64,000 nt of DNA, from contig CAWCKY010000004.1 in the NCBI GenBank assembly GCA_963796275.1, forward strand, positions 192,001-256,000, given 5' to 3'. This document shows, piece by piece, positions 1-10,834 of this stretch; position 1 is the first letter of the stretch, and each line of letters begins with the position of its first letter. A program made the translations under genes and the position numbers. Origin of the DNA: an uncultured Acidobacteriota bacterium (GTDB lineage Bacteria > Acidobacteriota > Blastocatellia > RBC074). The notes beneath the pieces are model-generated. The model was not told where the DNA came from and did no database searches. It worked only from the letters and a program-made list of their open reading frames with translations.

Positions 1-133
1 AAGCTGAGATACTTGTCTTTCTTAAAGACAAATGGTGTTCTCTTTTTGATTGACGGGTTAAAGTTTTACCTCCCGAAGAAACAATCCCAGCTGTCATATT
101 TTATTTTGCCTGATTCGCCTGATTTATTATTCA

Positions 134-1060
134 TCACTTTTTTCCGATTAACACACCCTTCTTAAAAGTCAGCGTTCCGGCCGTATATATCCAATTTTCG
201 CCAGTAGCGGTGGGCGTCGTCTTCTCCGGCTCACCCCAGCTCATTTTCACTTGAACGGCAGTCATACCGGTGATGATCTGGCTGTTTTCGATCAAATTCC
301 AGATATGCGCCGGCCACTTATACGACTTATGCGGGTCTTCACCGAGGAAGAAGTATTCCATCCTATTCAGATGGCGGACATCCTTAAAAACGTTGGTGCC
401 GCTCAAGTTCAGATCGAGAAAACCGCGTTTGCCATCGGAAGTCTCCAGCAGAAAACGCACCGGCTTCTCTTCATCCCATCCCGAAACGACATCAAGAACT
501 TTCAAAGGGGAATAACGCTTGACGGTAATGCTGCCCGTCAAATCACTCTGCTCATCATAAGTCGACAGTCTCGAAAACACGCACCAGAACGTCTTCCCAG
601 CCCATTGGTTGCGCGCATTGCTGACATCATCGATCAAGGCGATCCCCCTGATGCTCTCTTTGTAGGGCAGAGTTCGCGCCCGCAGATGCTCCTGAGTATC
701 TTCCATCACGAATTCGAGATGGACTCTTCCGCTGAAATCGCTGACCGAGACCACTTTGGCAACTCGACCCTGATACCGCCCGCGAGCGAGTTTGCCTGAA
801 AATTCATCATAGATGCCGTTTTCAGAGCCTTTCGGCCCCTGCAGGAAGACGAACCGCTGACCGACCCAGGAATCGATCGGAACAAAAGGAAAAAGCACCG
901 CAATATTGAGCGCCGCCTCGGGGGGATCGCCGGAGTTTTTTCCAGACACGATATTTCGGGAGGTTGATGGCTGAGCCAAGATATCCGTCTGGGCGATCGC
1001 ACACGTGATGACGATGAGGCAGAGGACGATCGTTGGACGCGGGATATTTTTCATAGGCAT
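134..1060 (-). CDS. Hypothetical exported protein with a C-terminal SmpA/OmlA-like repeat
   Basis: Long ORF; GAGGAG RBS before ATG at 1060/1054; hydrophobic signal-like N-terminus; C-terminal GMTAVQVKMSWGEP...W.Y motif. Confidence 0.6.
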   Translation of the reverse strand: MPMKNIPRPTIVLCLIVITCAIAQTDILAQPSTSRNIVSGKNSGDPPEAALNIAVLFPFVPIDSWVGQRFVFLQGPKGSENGIYDEFSGKLARGRYQGRVAKVVSVSDFSGRVHLEFVMEDTQEHLRARTLPYKESIRGIALIDDVSNARNQWAGKTFWCVFSRLSTYDEQSDLTGSITVKRYSPLKVLDVVSGWDEEKPVRFLLETSDGKRGFLDLNLSGTNVFKDVRHLNRMEYFFLGEDPHKSYKWPAHIWNLIENSQIITGMTAVQVKMSWGEPEKTTPTATGENWIYTAGTLTFKKGVLIGKK

Positions 1061-1296
1061 AGTACTCCTCTGGTTTGAAGTGAGAGCCAATCAATGGCTC
1101 CTGGTTAGGCCGTGAGTTGGTTTACGGCTGATTTGTATGTCATTTTCCGCTCGTAAGGTGCATGAATTAAACGCTGCCCTTCATGCCTATAGGACGTGGA
1201 AAATTACGGCTGATACATATCTTACGGAATTATAATTTATTAGAATTAATGGCAAATATGGCTGATCGGGAGGGATGGGGGTGATCCATAATCCTC

Positions 1297-1851
1297 TTAT
1301 TTGAGACCGCCATTTTGTCGTTCTTCGAAAAAGTCTTTGATAAAGTCGCGCTTCCGAAACTGGATGAACCCCAGCCCGTGATTATTGGCCTCATCGATAG
1401 CGCGTTCTGCGGTCCAGCCGTCTCGCTTGATGCGATAGACGGCGACGATCGCGCCGGTGCGATCGGAACCGCGTCTGCAGTGAATGAATACTGGACCTTT
1501 TTCCTTCTCTTCAATAATGGCAAGCACGCGCATGACCTGCTCGTCAGTCGGTCGACCCGCGGCAGACATGGGAATACTGAAGTACGCCATCCCCATACTC
1601 TTCGCTTCTATACCTTCAGCGCGCGTCTCATCGCTCTCGCCGCGCAGATTGATGATGGTCTTGATACCGAGTTCCGCGAGTTTCTTGAGTCCGCCCGTCT
1701 TCGGTTGACCGCCACGATACAGCTGCTCGTCGACACGGTGAAAGTTAGGAAGCTCCTTGTGGCTTGATTCAGGCTGCTGAGCAATGGATAAGGATGAAAC
1801 GAGCGCCAGAATGAGGACAAGCGTCAATGACTTTCCGTAAACTTTCATCAT
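1297..1851 (-). CDS. Secreted dual-specificity/tyrosine phosphatase family protein (Siw14/DSP-like)
   Basis: P-loop HCRRGSDRTG (HCxxGxxR); LPNFHRV...LYRGGQP; IINLR; N-terminal signal peptide. Confidence 0.85.
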   Translation of the reverse strand: MMKVYGKSLTLVLILALVSSLSIAQQPESSHKELPNFHRVDEQLYRGGQPKTGGLKKLAELGIKTIINLRGESDETRAEGIEAKSMGMAYFSIPMSAAGRPTDEQVMRVLAIIEEKEKGPVFIHCRRGSDRTGAIVAVYRIKRDGWTAERAIDEANNHGLGFIQFRKRDFIKDFFEERQNGGLK

Positions 1852-2184
1852 AATTTATATATATCTCTTTATATCTCTCTGATATCTCGTATCGCTGGCT
1901 TACGGCCTCACCGAGGTTTCCGTAATTAGCATTGTATGGGGGGCGAGGATGAGGGCGCATATTACCATAAAATTCGCAAATCCGCTTATCGCTATTCTGC
2001 AACCCGAAAATCTTCTTTCAATGACTCGGAACATTGGAATCATTTACCTCTCGCCCTGTAAAAGATTGATTGTTAGTAGATGACTGTTCTATGCTGCGAC
2101 CCATATTTGCTCCACCACCGCGGATACGCGATTTGGTTTTTAACCCTGAATCAGAAAAAACCCGTAGATCAAATTTGCAACGCT

Positions 2185-4951
2185 ATGAGATTCAATTCAA
2201 TCGTGAAACCATCCTTGACCTTTTTCTCCCCGCTTATGGTGATTTTTTCCCTTTTTTTCCCGATAAATGTCGCAGAAGCACATCGACTTACTTATCTGGT
2301 AAAAGATTCGGGAGACATCAAGGGAATCGTCAAAGACTCTTCCGGCGCATCGGTCAGCCAGGCGACAGTCGAGTTGACCAACTCACAGCAGGTATCGATT
2401 CGCAGGACTGAAACGGATATGTCCGGGCAGTTCCGACTCGAGGGGGTTAAATCAGGCTCCTATGTCATCCACATACTGCGTTCCGGGTTCGTGACATTGC
2501 GCGAGGTCGTGCATGTTACAGCCGACGGGACCGTTGAACTGGATATGGTCCTGGGCGCGGGTCAACTGAGCGAGCAGGTGACTGTGACTGCCGAGACAGG
2601 TTCAGCTCAGGAAAAAGAGAGGGTGCCGCAGCAGGTCAATGTAATCCCGGAAGGAGCGGTCACCCAGCGCACGACCGCGGTCCTGGCGCAGGTGGCCGAC
2701 GAAGAGGTGGGAATATCTCTCCAGCGCACCAGCCCGACCATCGGGGCCGTTTTGGTACGTGGATTGACGGAGGTCGGCGTCTATGTAGATGGGGTGCGTT
2801 ATACCAACTCTACGCAACGCGGCGGCATCAATACATTCTTCAATCTCAACGAACCGACTGCCCTTAGCAGTGTAGAAGTGCTGCGCGGCCCCAATACGGC
2901 GCAATATGGTTCCGATTCTTTGGGCGGTACGGTACAACTGATCACTCGCCAGCCTAACTTCGGTCATAAGCAGTCGAAGCTCCACGGGGAGTCAAATACA
3001 TCCTTCAATAGCGCCGATCGCTCTTTCGGCGGCAATATGTTGCTGAACTACGGCGCTGAGCGGTTTGGAGTCCTGGCCAACCTCAACGGCCGCCGGATCA
3101 ATAACCTGCGTCCGGGCGGCGGAATCGACTCTCACTCGGCGATCACTCGTTTTCTCGGGCTTCCCTCTGACATCGCCGGCGTATCGAGGCCGAGCGATAC
3201 AGCGTTCACACAATACGGTGGCACGATGAAGATGACATTTGCGCCGGCGGCCGATCAGAGCATCGGTCTTCATTATCAGCGAGCTCAACAGGACGGCGGT
3301 AAACGCTACGATCAATTGCTGGGGGGCGATGGGAATCTGGTGGCCGACCTGCGTAACCTGATGCTCGATTTCATCTATGCCCGATATTTCAATCATGGTG
3401 TGGGATTTTTCGACAATTTCTCGGCGACCTTCTCGTATAACAGCCAGCGCGAGGAGCGGGTCAACCAGGGCGGCAATGGTAATCCGCTGGCCGCGATTAC
3501 GCACGACCGAGAGCGCACAAGCAGTTATGGATTCAATTTCTATTTCGATAAACGGCTGGCGAACAGAAACAACCTCCTCATCGGCGGCGATTATTACCAC
3601 GATCGCGTAGATGCTCCCTCGTATTCGCTGGATCCGGCCAGCGGAATTTTCACCACGACAAGGCCTCGTGTTCCGGACGGTGCGCGATACATCCTGGCGG
3701 GCCTCTATGCGCAGGACGCCTTTGACGCGATCCCGAATCGGCTCAGATTGAGCGGCGCCTTACGCTACAACGTCGGTTCCTACCAGTCGCGCGCGGCCAA
3801 TAGCCCGCTTATCGATGGACAGCCGCTTTTCCCTGACGACTCGTTGCGCGTCGGCGATTTTTCGGGACGAATAGGCGCATCCGTGACGCTAACCCAAGGA
3901 TTCAATCTGGCTTTCAACTTCAGTCGCGGATTTCGCGCCCCGAACATCACGAGCCTGGGTTCGGTCGGATTAGTCGGGGTCGGATACCAGGTCGCGGCCA
4001 GCGATCTTCAAGGTCTGGGCGCACTCATCGGATCAACGGCTGACGAAAGCGCGGTCTCGAGTGGAGTGAGTGTGCAGCCGCTGAAATCGGAGACGAGTAA
4101 TAACTACGATGTCAGCTTGCGTTATAACAGCCGGCGTGTTCAGACGGAGATCACCGGATTCATCATCAACTACGATAATACGATAGTCAGACAAACCCTG
4201 ATCCTGCCTCCCGGGGCAGTAGGCCGGCAACTTGGCAGTCAGGTCATCGAGAGCCAGAATGAGAATGGCGCCGTTTTCGTACCATTATCTTCAGCGCCGG
4301 TCCTGGTCCAGGCTAACTTCAGCGCGACCCGGCTCTCCGGCATAGAATATTCGCTCAATTACCGCCTGACTAACTCCTGGTCCTTCAGCGGCAATTACAC
4401 ATTCATCCGCGCGGAAGAGAGGGAGACCGGTCTTCCTCCCAATCTGGGTGGAGGCGGAATCCCGCCACAGTTGGGGTTCGTCAGCGTACGCTATCAGCCC
4501 GACGGGCGAAAATACTGGATTGAAACCTATTCCACCCTGGCAGGCAAACAGGATCGCCTCTCCTCCTTGGATATATCGGACCGTCGCACCGGAGCGGTGC
4601 GATCGCGAGCCAACATTCAGAATTTCTTCAGGCGAGGCGCCTGCGTATACGGATTGACCACGCCCGGGATCTAATGGCCAGTGCGGCTCCGGCGGCGGGA
4701 GGTTGATAGCCACGGGCGAAACGCTGGAACAGGTTCAAAATAGGGTTTTGGGGGGTGCGGATTCCGCACCGCTATTTTCGGCCATTCCCGGATATGGGCT
4801 GATAAATCTGCGCGGCGGCATGAGGGTAGGGGAGAATCAGGATGTGATGATAGATTTTGAGAATATCGCCGATAAAAGTTATCGGGCGCCCGGCTGGGGG
4901 ATCGATGGCCCCGGACGCAGCGTCACGGTGAGGTACCGATACCGGTTTTAA
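2185..4951 (+). CDS. TonB-dependent receptor; +1 frameshift near 4667 joins ORFs 2080-4674 and 4703-4951
   Basis: N-terminal carboxypeptidase-regulatory-like domain, plug motif VEVLRGPNTAQYGSDSLGGTV, barrel C-terminus ENIADKSY...GRSVTVRYRYRF. Removing one G from ccc ggg atc taa restores the frame (PGSNGQCGSGGGRLIATGE). Confidence 0.85.
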
Positions 4952-4983
4952 AGTTAAATCTCATTGGGTATATTACATCCATT

Positions 4984-5544
4984 ATGCGATGTTTTATTGC
5001 TATCGAAGTTCCATCAGAGATCAAGGCAGCACTCATAGAGCTGCAGACTGATCTGAGTAGCGCCGGCGCTGATGTGGCCTGGACAAATCCGGACAATGTT
5101 CATCTCACCCTTAAATTTTTGGGTGAGATCAACAAGAAATTGATCAGCGAGGTCGAGAAGGTCTGTCACGATACAATAGCTGAAGTGCCGCCATTTGAGC
5201 TGAGCATCAATGGCATCGGCCTCTTCCCTAATGCACGACACCCGCGTGTCCTGTGGATCGGGCTCGGTGGTGAAATCGAAAAACTCGAGCGATTACAGGA
5301 GCGGCTCGACGAGCGACTGGCCGAAATCGGATTTGATAACGAGGAGAAAGATTTCCAAGCGCACCTGACTGTCGGCCGCATCAGATCGAATAAAAACCTG
5401 CGCGAGTTGCTCGCCAGATCGGTCGGCTACTCGCTGCCGGAGCTCTCATTCGTGGTGAAAGAGATCGTTCTTATGAAGAGCGATCTCCTGCCGACGGGAG
5501 CGTGCTACTCGGAATTGGCGAAAGCCCAATTCAGGGAAAAATAG
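4984..5544 (+). CDS. thpR: RNA 2',3'-cyclic phosphodiesterase (2'-5' RNA ligase family)
   Basis: MRCFIAI start, two 2H motifs HLTL and HLTV, PRVLWIG. Confidence 0.9.
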   Translation: MRCFIAIEVPSEIKAALIELQTDLSSAGADVAWTNPDNVHLTLKFLGEINKKLISEVEKVCHDTIAEVPPFELSINGIGLFPNARHPRVLWIGLGGEIEKLERLQERLDERLAEIGFDNEEKDFQAHLTVGRIRSNKNLRELLARSVGYSLPELSFVVKEIVLMKSDLLPTGACYSELAKAQFREK

Positions 5545-5664
5545 TTGGAGCGAGATGGCTCCATCACAAGACGCGCAAAAGGGAACATAAAATCACAAAT
5601 TGTCATTGCTGTGATTTTTGTGTTCCCTTTTGTGTTTTCCGGATGCCCTTGAATCCCTTCCGCC

Positions 5665-8488
5665 TCAGAGCGTGATCCCTTCATCGCTTCGGCCCAGGAT
5701 GCGCGCGACGACCTTGGCAAGCTGCACCGGTTCGACCGGTTTCGACAGGTGTTGCTGAAAGCCGGCTGAAAGGGCGCTTTCCTTGTCCGATACACCAGCG
5801 AATGCGGTCAATGCGATAGCCGGCACCTCACCTCCCTCTTCCTCCGGAAGCGCCCGGACCTTTTTGATCAGCGCATACCCATCCTCGACCGGCATCCCGA
5901 TATCGGAGACGAGTACGTCCGGCTTCCATTGGGAGAGGACATCCATCGCTTCGGCAGCGGAGGCGGCAGCGCGCACCTCGGTACCGTACCGAGAGAGCAT
6001 GACGCTGAGGATACTCGCGAGTGTCGTGATCATCATCGACAACCAGCACCTTGGCTCCTCGTAGAGATGAGGTCCGCGTATCTGGCTGTTTTTCCGGACG
6101 AATGGGCCATAAACCGCCGGCTTCCACATCGCCCTGCTGCGCCCCCAGCGGCAAGGTGATCATAAAGTCTGATCCCTGCCCGATCCCGCGGCTGTACGCG
6201 TATATTGCGCCACCGTGCAGCTCAACCAGATGCTTGATAATAGCCAGCCCGAGACCTAAGCCCCCCTGCTGGCGGCGCGACGAGCTATCGCCCTGACGGA
6301 ACCGATCGAATATGCGCGGGAGAAACTCGGGATCGATTCCCTGCCCCGTATCGCTGACAATAAGCAGGGCTTTGTTCTCCAACCGCTCGAGACGGACTTC
6401 GATCAATCCGCCAGGCGGCGTGAATTTGATCGCGTTAGAGAGCAGGTTCCAAACGATCTGTTTCAATCGTTCGACATCGCCATTGAAAGGACCGACCCAC
6501 GGCTCGAGAACGATCTGCATCCGCAATTCTTTGCCCTCGACCATGGGGCGCACCGCGTCGACGGCTGCTTCGACGATGGACATCAACTCGACCGGACGAA
6601 TCTCCAGGTTGAGTTTCCCCGTAGCAATGCGCGATGCGTCGAGCAGATCGCCGACCAGATGGGCCTGCGTCTTCGCGTTGCGCTCGATGGTCAACAACGC
6701 CCTATCGAACGAAGCGCGATCGAGCGTGCCGGATCGCAGCATCTGCGCCCAGCCCAGGATGGCGGTGAGCGGCGCCCTCAACTCGTGCGAGATCATCGCC
6801 AAAAAGTCATCCTTCAGGCGGTTCGCATCTTCCGCAACCTGCCGAGCCTCCTGCTCGCGGCTGAGCAGATCTGCGCGCTCCTCCTCGATGCGTACCCGCT
6901 CGACTTCCGACTTCTTGCGCTCCGTGATATCGCGCACGATGCCCGTAAAGGTTTGCCTGCCGTCTTTGACAAACTCGCTGAAACTGACTTCGACCGGGAC
7001 GTCCCGGCCATCCTTATGCCATCCCATCAATTCTATTCCCGCATATCCCCAGAAATTGCTCCGGTGTTGGCAGTGCATAAGCGTCGTCAATTTCTGTCCG
7101 ATGATCTCCGATGGTATATAGCCGAATATCTTCTCAACCGCCGAATTGACGTATTGGATCGTGATCTCTTCGTCCACCGTGAGGATGACATCAGATGCGG
7201 TCTCGGCCACGATGCGATAGCGCTCTTCGCTCTCGTGCAGGGCGGCGGCCATCCGTTCGCGTTCCGTGATGTCACGTATCTGGCTCATGACGATCGTCCC
7301 GTCCTCCGTAACAATCTGGCGCCGCGTGATCTCCGCCAGGAATTCGCGACCGTTACGGCGGATGACCGAGAATCCGACCTGATCGCTCACCCCCGCATCT
7401 CTTCCTATGGGAACCTCATCATCCAGCTCGAAATCATCCAGCTCGAGCAGCATATCCTCATCGGGGTCATCAGACTCTAGAGCCAGTCCAAGGCGACCCG
7501 ACTGTATTGTTTGTGCAGATTGGCCCGTTTGCCCATTCTGCCCCGTAGGTCCCGTTTGGCCCGTCTGCCCCGTCTGGCCGGTCTGCCCCGTCTGCCCCGT
7601 CTGCCCCGTCTGTCCTATTTGTCCAGATTGCCTCGTTTGCCCTGTTTGTCCGATTTGTCCAGATTGTCCCGTATGCCCCGTTTGGGCTATATTTCCAGAC
7701 TTTCCCAACTGTCCGGTTTTCCCCAGTTGACCCGTCTGCCCGATTTGCCCCGTATGCCCCGTTTGTGCATTTGAGGAATCGGGCAAAAGCATAGAGACTG
7801 GTTGGCCGAGCAGTTCCTGGCGATCCACTCCGAAGAGCTTCTCGGTTTGCGAATTGACGAGCACGATCTGACCGTCCTGATTCGCCAGCACAATTGCATC
7901 GGGAGCGAATTCGAGCAACTCCTGGAATCGCGTTCGCGCGGCAACCAGGCTATTGATGAGGCTGCGGTTCTCACGCATATCGCGCGCGACGGCGAGCACG
8001 CCCGTGATCTTGTTCTGTTTGTCCTGCATCAGACTCAGCGAAAAACTGACCGGGATCGTCAGGCCACTCATCGTTCGGATATCGACTTCGAGATTGGGCA
8101 ACCTTCCCGTGGGAGCCAACTCCATCAACTTCCACGGTGTGGCTGGAATTTTCTCGGTGCCACAAACCGCCCTCAACGGGCGTCCGATGATGGAGGACTC
8201 CGGATATTCGAGCAGGTTGGCCGCCGCGGGATTGACCCGGATGACGCGGCCCGACCGGTCCGTCAGAAAGAGCGCCTCCGACATAGACGAGACCACGTGT
8301 TGAAAGAGATCACGCGTTTCGGCGATCTCCGCAGTACGCCGCTCTAGCTCGAATTGCGCATTGGTCAGCTCGGTGTAAGCGCTCTGTAGATTTGCGAACA
8401 TATCAAGCCGGGCAGCCTCGTTCAATTTGCGCGTATTCTCCTGTCGATCGTCATCATCTTCTCTGAATTTCCAGCCCAGTAATTTCAT
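5665..8488 (-). CDS. Cytoplasmic hybrid sensor histidine kinase (3 PAS + HisKA + HATPase + receiver); +1 frameshift near 6013 in the receiver
   Basis: H-box [14 protein letters not shown]-box [21 protein letters not shown]; receiver VLVVDDD continues in the other frame as ILSVML...[10 protein letters not shown]...KP (ORF 5665-6129); GGAGG RBS. Confidence 0.9.
7495..7770 (-). repeat. Intragenic 9-bp repeat tract encoding about 30 Gly-X-Y (mostly GQT) triplets
   Basis: ccccgtctg-type units; translation [16 protein letters not shown]...[21 protein letters not shown]. Confidence 0.9.
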
Positions 8489-8849
8489 TATTCCTCCAGG
8501 TAGGTTCCTCTATCCGTTCGCGCGATTCTGAGTTTTGCTATATCAGTGAAGCACCTCAGCTCTATATTTGGTACTCCGGATCAGGTTGAATCATGTATAC
8601 CGGTTGGTTTCCAGCGGGGCGAATAATGCTCTATGATTCAAGTTTCAACAAGATTCCAGGGGGGCGAAACTAATGCATCGCTCTCGCTTCTAACGAATCT
8701 CAAAATAATTCTAAAATTAGTACTATAAATATTCCGCCTCGCCGAGGCTGTCAATGAAAATCAGGATGACCGGCATCCTCTCTCCATTTTTCCAGTGCCA
8801 AACCAGCGTCAAATTAGTTAGCGCCGGCTCTCAATGACAATTGGAACTG

Positions 8850-10682
8850 TTATGGATCAAAACTGCGAATTGTTCGCAATATATCGATCCCCGTAAAATC
8901 GTCGGGCTTACTGAACGCTTCGAGCAGCGGCGTATTGATGATCGCCTGTTCATATGGGCCCGGCTTGCCGAATGGGTCCTGCGGCGATCCCATCCACTCG
9001 GAAGGAGCGACGATCCGGTAATTTGCGATGCGGCCGCGTCCAATCACTACATGGTGAATCAAGGCGCCCTGCGCGTCTTCCCAAAAACCCACGCCGACAG
9101 CCTCCTCCCGCACTCTATAGGGTTTTGACATCGCCACGTCTCGGCGCTTAAGGCAATCGAAAGCCTTCAAGAGGTATGTCAACGCGATAATGCCGCAGTA
9201 GCCGATATGATAGGCGCGCGCGCGAATGCGATCGAGCGCGTTCGGTCTTTCCGGTATCTGCCAGCGCAACCTTCTGGCCGGTAGTTGAAAACGTGGGAGA
9301 TCGATCTCCAGTCCCATGCCAGCAGCACCGCCGCTGACCGCCTGGATAAACTCGCTCTTCAATTGACCGCCCGCCGCCGTGATCCACTGCCTCGCGAGCG
9401 GACCGGATTCAACCGCCTCACGATCCCAACGTGGCGCCATGTTCCAGCTATACCGGTCCATCCAGTGACTGCGCCCGGGCGCTGGAACCGTATGATTATT
9501 CCATGGATGCAGAGGCGAAAGCGGGATACCCAGCGGATCGACGATCACCGCACCATCATCCCCCTTTTGATAAAAAGAACGGTTGGTAAATTCTTCAATC
9601 CCCGCGTTTATCTCCGATAAACGAACGGTCCTTAATTTACCATTAATTATCACTCCTGGCGTCACAAGCCTACGCACACCCCAGTTATTGGAGTTTTCAA
9701 ACTTCGCATTGTAGCGGGAAGGATCATCCCACATACCCGCCGAGATCAGATTCGCGGGCAAGTAACCGGCGTGATGATAGCGCGCATCGATCTTATAGAA
9801 GAAATTGGCCAGGTCATCCCATATAGCCGCGGTCTTCTTGGCGTAGTCAATCAAGTGATTCAGGCGGCCCAGGACTTGATTGAATATTTCTTTGTCGGGA
9901 AGGATGCCGACTCCGCCGGGAAAGATCGCGGATGGGTGCGGATACTTACCGAAGACGAGCGTAGCGATCTCGCAAGCGATGCGAATCATACCCAATGCTT
10001 CGCGGTAAAGCGCGCCGCTCATCGGGTTCATCTCCCGCATAATGTCGGCGATCGTTTGGTAGCCGTGTAATGCGGAAAATTCGGCCTTCGACTCCTGAGC
10101 TTTAGCCCAGATCGTCATGCTCGTGCGGCTGATCGTCGCCTCCGAATAATCAGGTCCGGATTGCACAAAGAGATGGCGAGTGAGCGATGCCATCAACTCG
10201 GCCGCCGCTCCCAATCCGCGCGTGATAATCGCGAGAGGTGGCGGGGCAATATCCAGCGCCATCTCCAATGCCATGGCCGAGGCAATAGCGTTTGCCCCGG
10301 CGCCCCACCCGCAAATACGGCTGGCGATCGGCACGGCATCAGCCGGCAACCGGCCTTTGAGGATCTGCTCGAGATCCCAAAAATTGGTTTTCTCAACTCG
10401 CGCATCGAGTACCCGGCGGTTTTTGAAGTCTATGATGGCTCGTAGCGATAAGGGATTCTTCGCGCGCGCCAGCGGGTCGACTTCGAAATAACGAGCATCG
10501 GGATTGTTCGCCGCCTCCTCTAACCGCCGTTCGTGGTCCGAGTTCGCTTCAGTCTTAACCGTCCGACCAATTGCCTGCGGTCCGGCAGCCCCTGTCACCG
10601 CAAAGGGATCGGCGGGTCCTCGCAAACGCAACTTCCCCTGACCGCGGGAGTCGAGATCGATTGGCAGATTTTTGAAGACCAT
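8850..10682 (-). CDS. [NiFe]-hydrogenase large-subunit homologue B (group 1h/1l-like) lacking 3 of 4 metal-binding Cys
   Basis: Start MVFKNLPID; DPLAR; L1 motif RICGWG (second Cys lost); GPDYSE, KYPHPSAIFPGG, YSWNMAPRW, ESGPLAR; ends [14 protein letters not shown] without CxxCxxH. Confidence 0.85.
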   Translation of the reverse strand: MVFKNLPIDLDSRGQGKLRLRGPADPFAVTGAAGPQAIGRTVKTEANSDHERRLEEAANNPDARYFEVDPLARAKNPLSLRAIIDFKNRRVLDARVEKTNFWDLEQILKGRLPADAVPIASRICGWGAGANAIASAMALEMALDIAPPPLAIITRGLGAAAELMASLTRHLFVQSGPDYSEATISRTSMTIWAKAQESKAEFSALHGYQTIADIMREMNPMSGALYREALGMIRIACEIATLVFGKYPHPSAIFPGGVGILPDKEIFNQVLGRLNHLIDYAKKTAAIWDDLANFFYKIDARYHHAGYLPANLISAGMWDDPSRYNAKFENSNNWGVRRLVTPGVIINGKLRTVRLSEINAGIEEFTNRSFYQKGDDGAVIVDPLGIPLSPLHPWNNHTVPAPGRSHWMDRYSWNMAPRWDREAVESGPLARQWITAAGGQLKSEFIQAVSGGAAGMGLEIDLPRFQLPARRLRWQIPERPNALDRIRARAYHIGYCGIIALTYLLKAFDCLKRRDVAMSKPYRVREEAVGVGFWEDAQGALIHHVVIGRGRIANYRIVAPSEWMGSPQDPFGKPGPYEQAIINTPLLEAFSKPDDFTGIDILRTIRSFDP

Positions 10683-10834
10683 AGATTGGTGATTGCTGAT
10701 TATTGATTGCAGGGGGATTCTCCACAAAAACCGCATAAATACAAAAGACACAAAAGAGATCTTTTCTTTCTTGTGCCCTTTGTCTTTTCGTATTTTTTTG
10801 GGTGAATCTCTCTCCGCGATCCGCCATCAAGATG

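Noticed and set aside
8770-8810. Sigma-54 promoter upstream of the kinase (TGGCAC on the minus strand)
   Set aside because: No TTGC -12 element at the required spacing.
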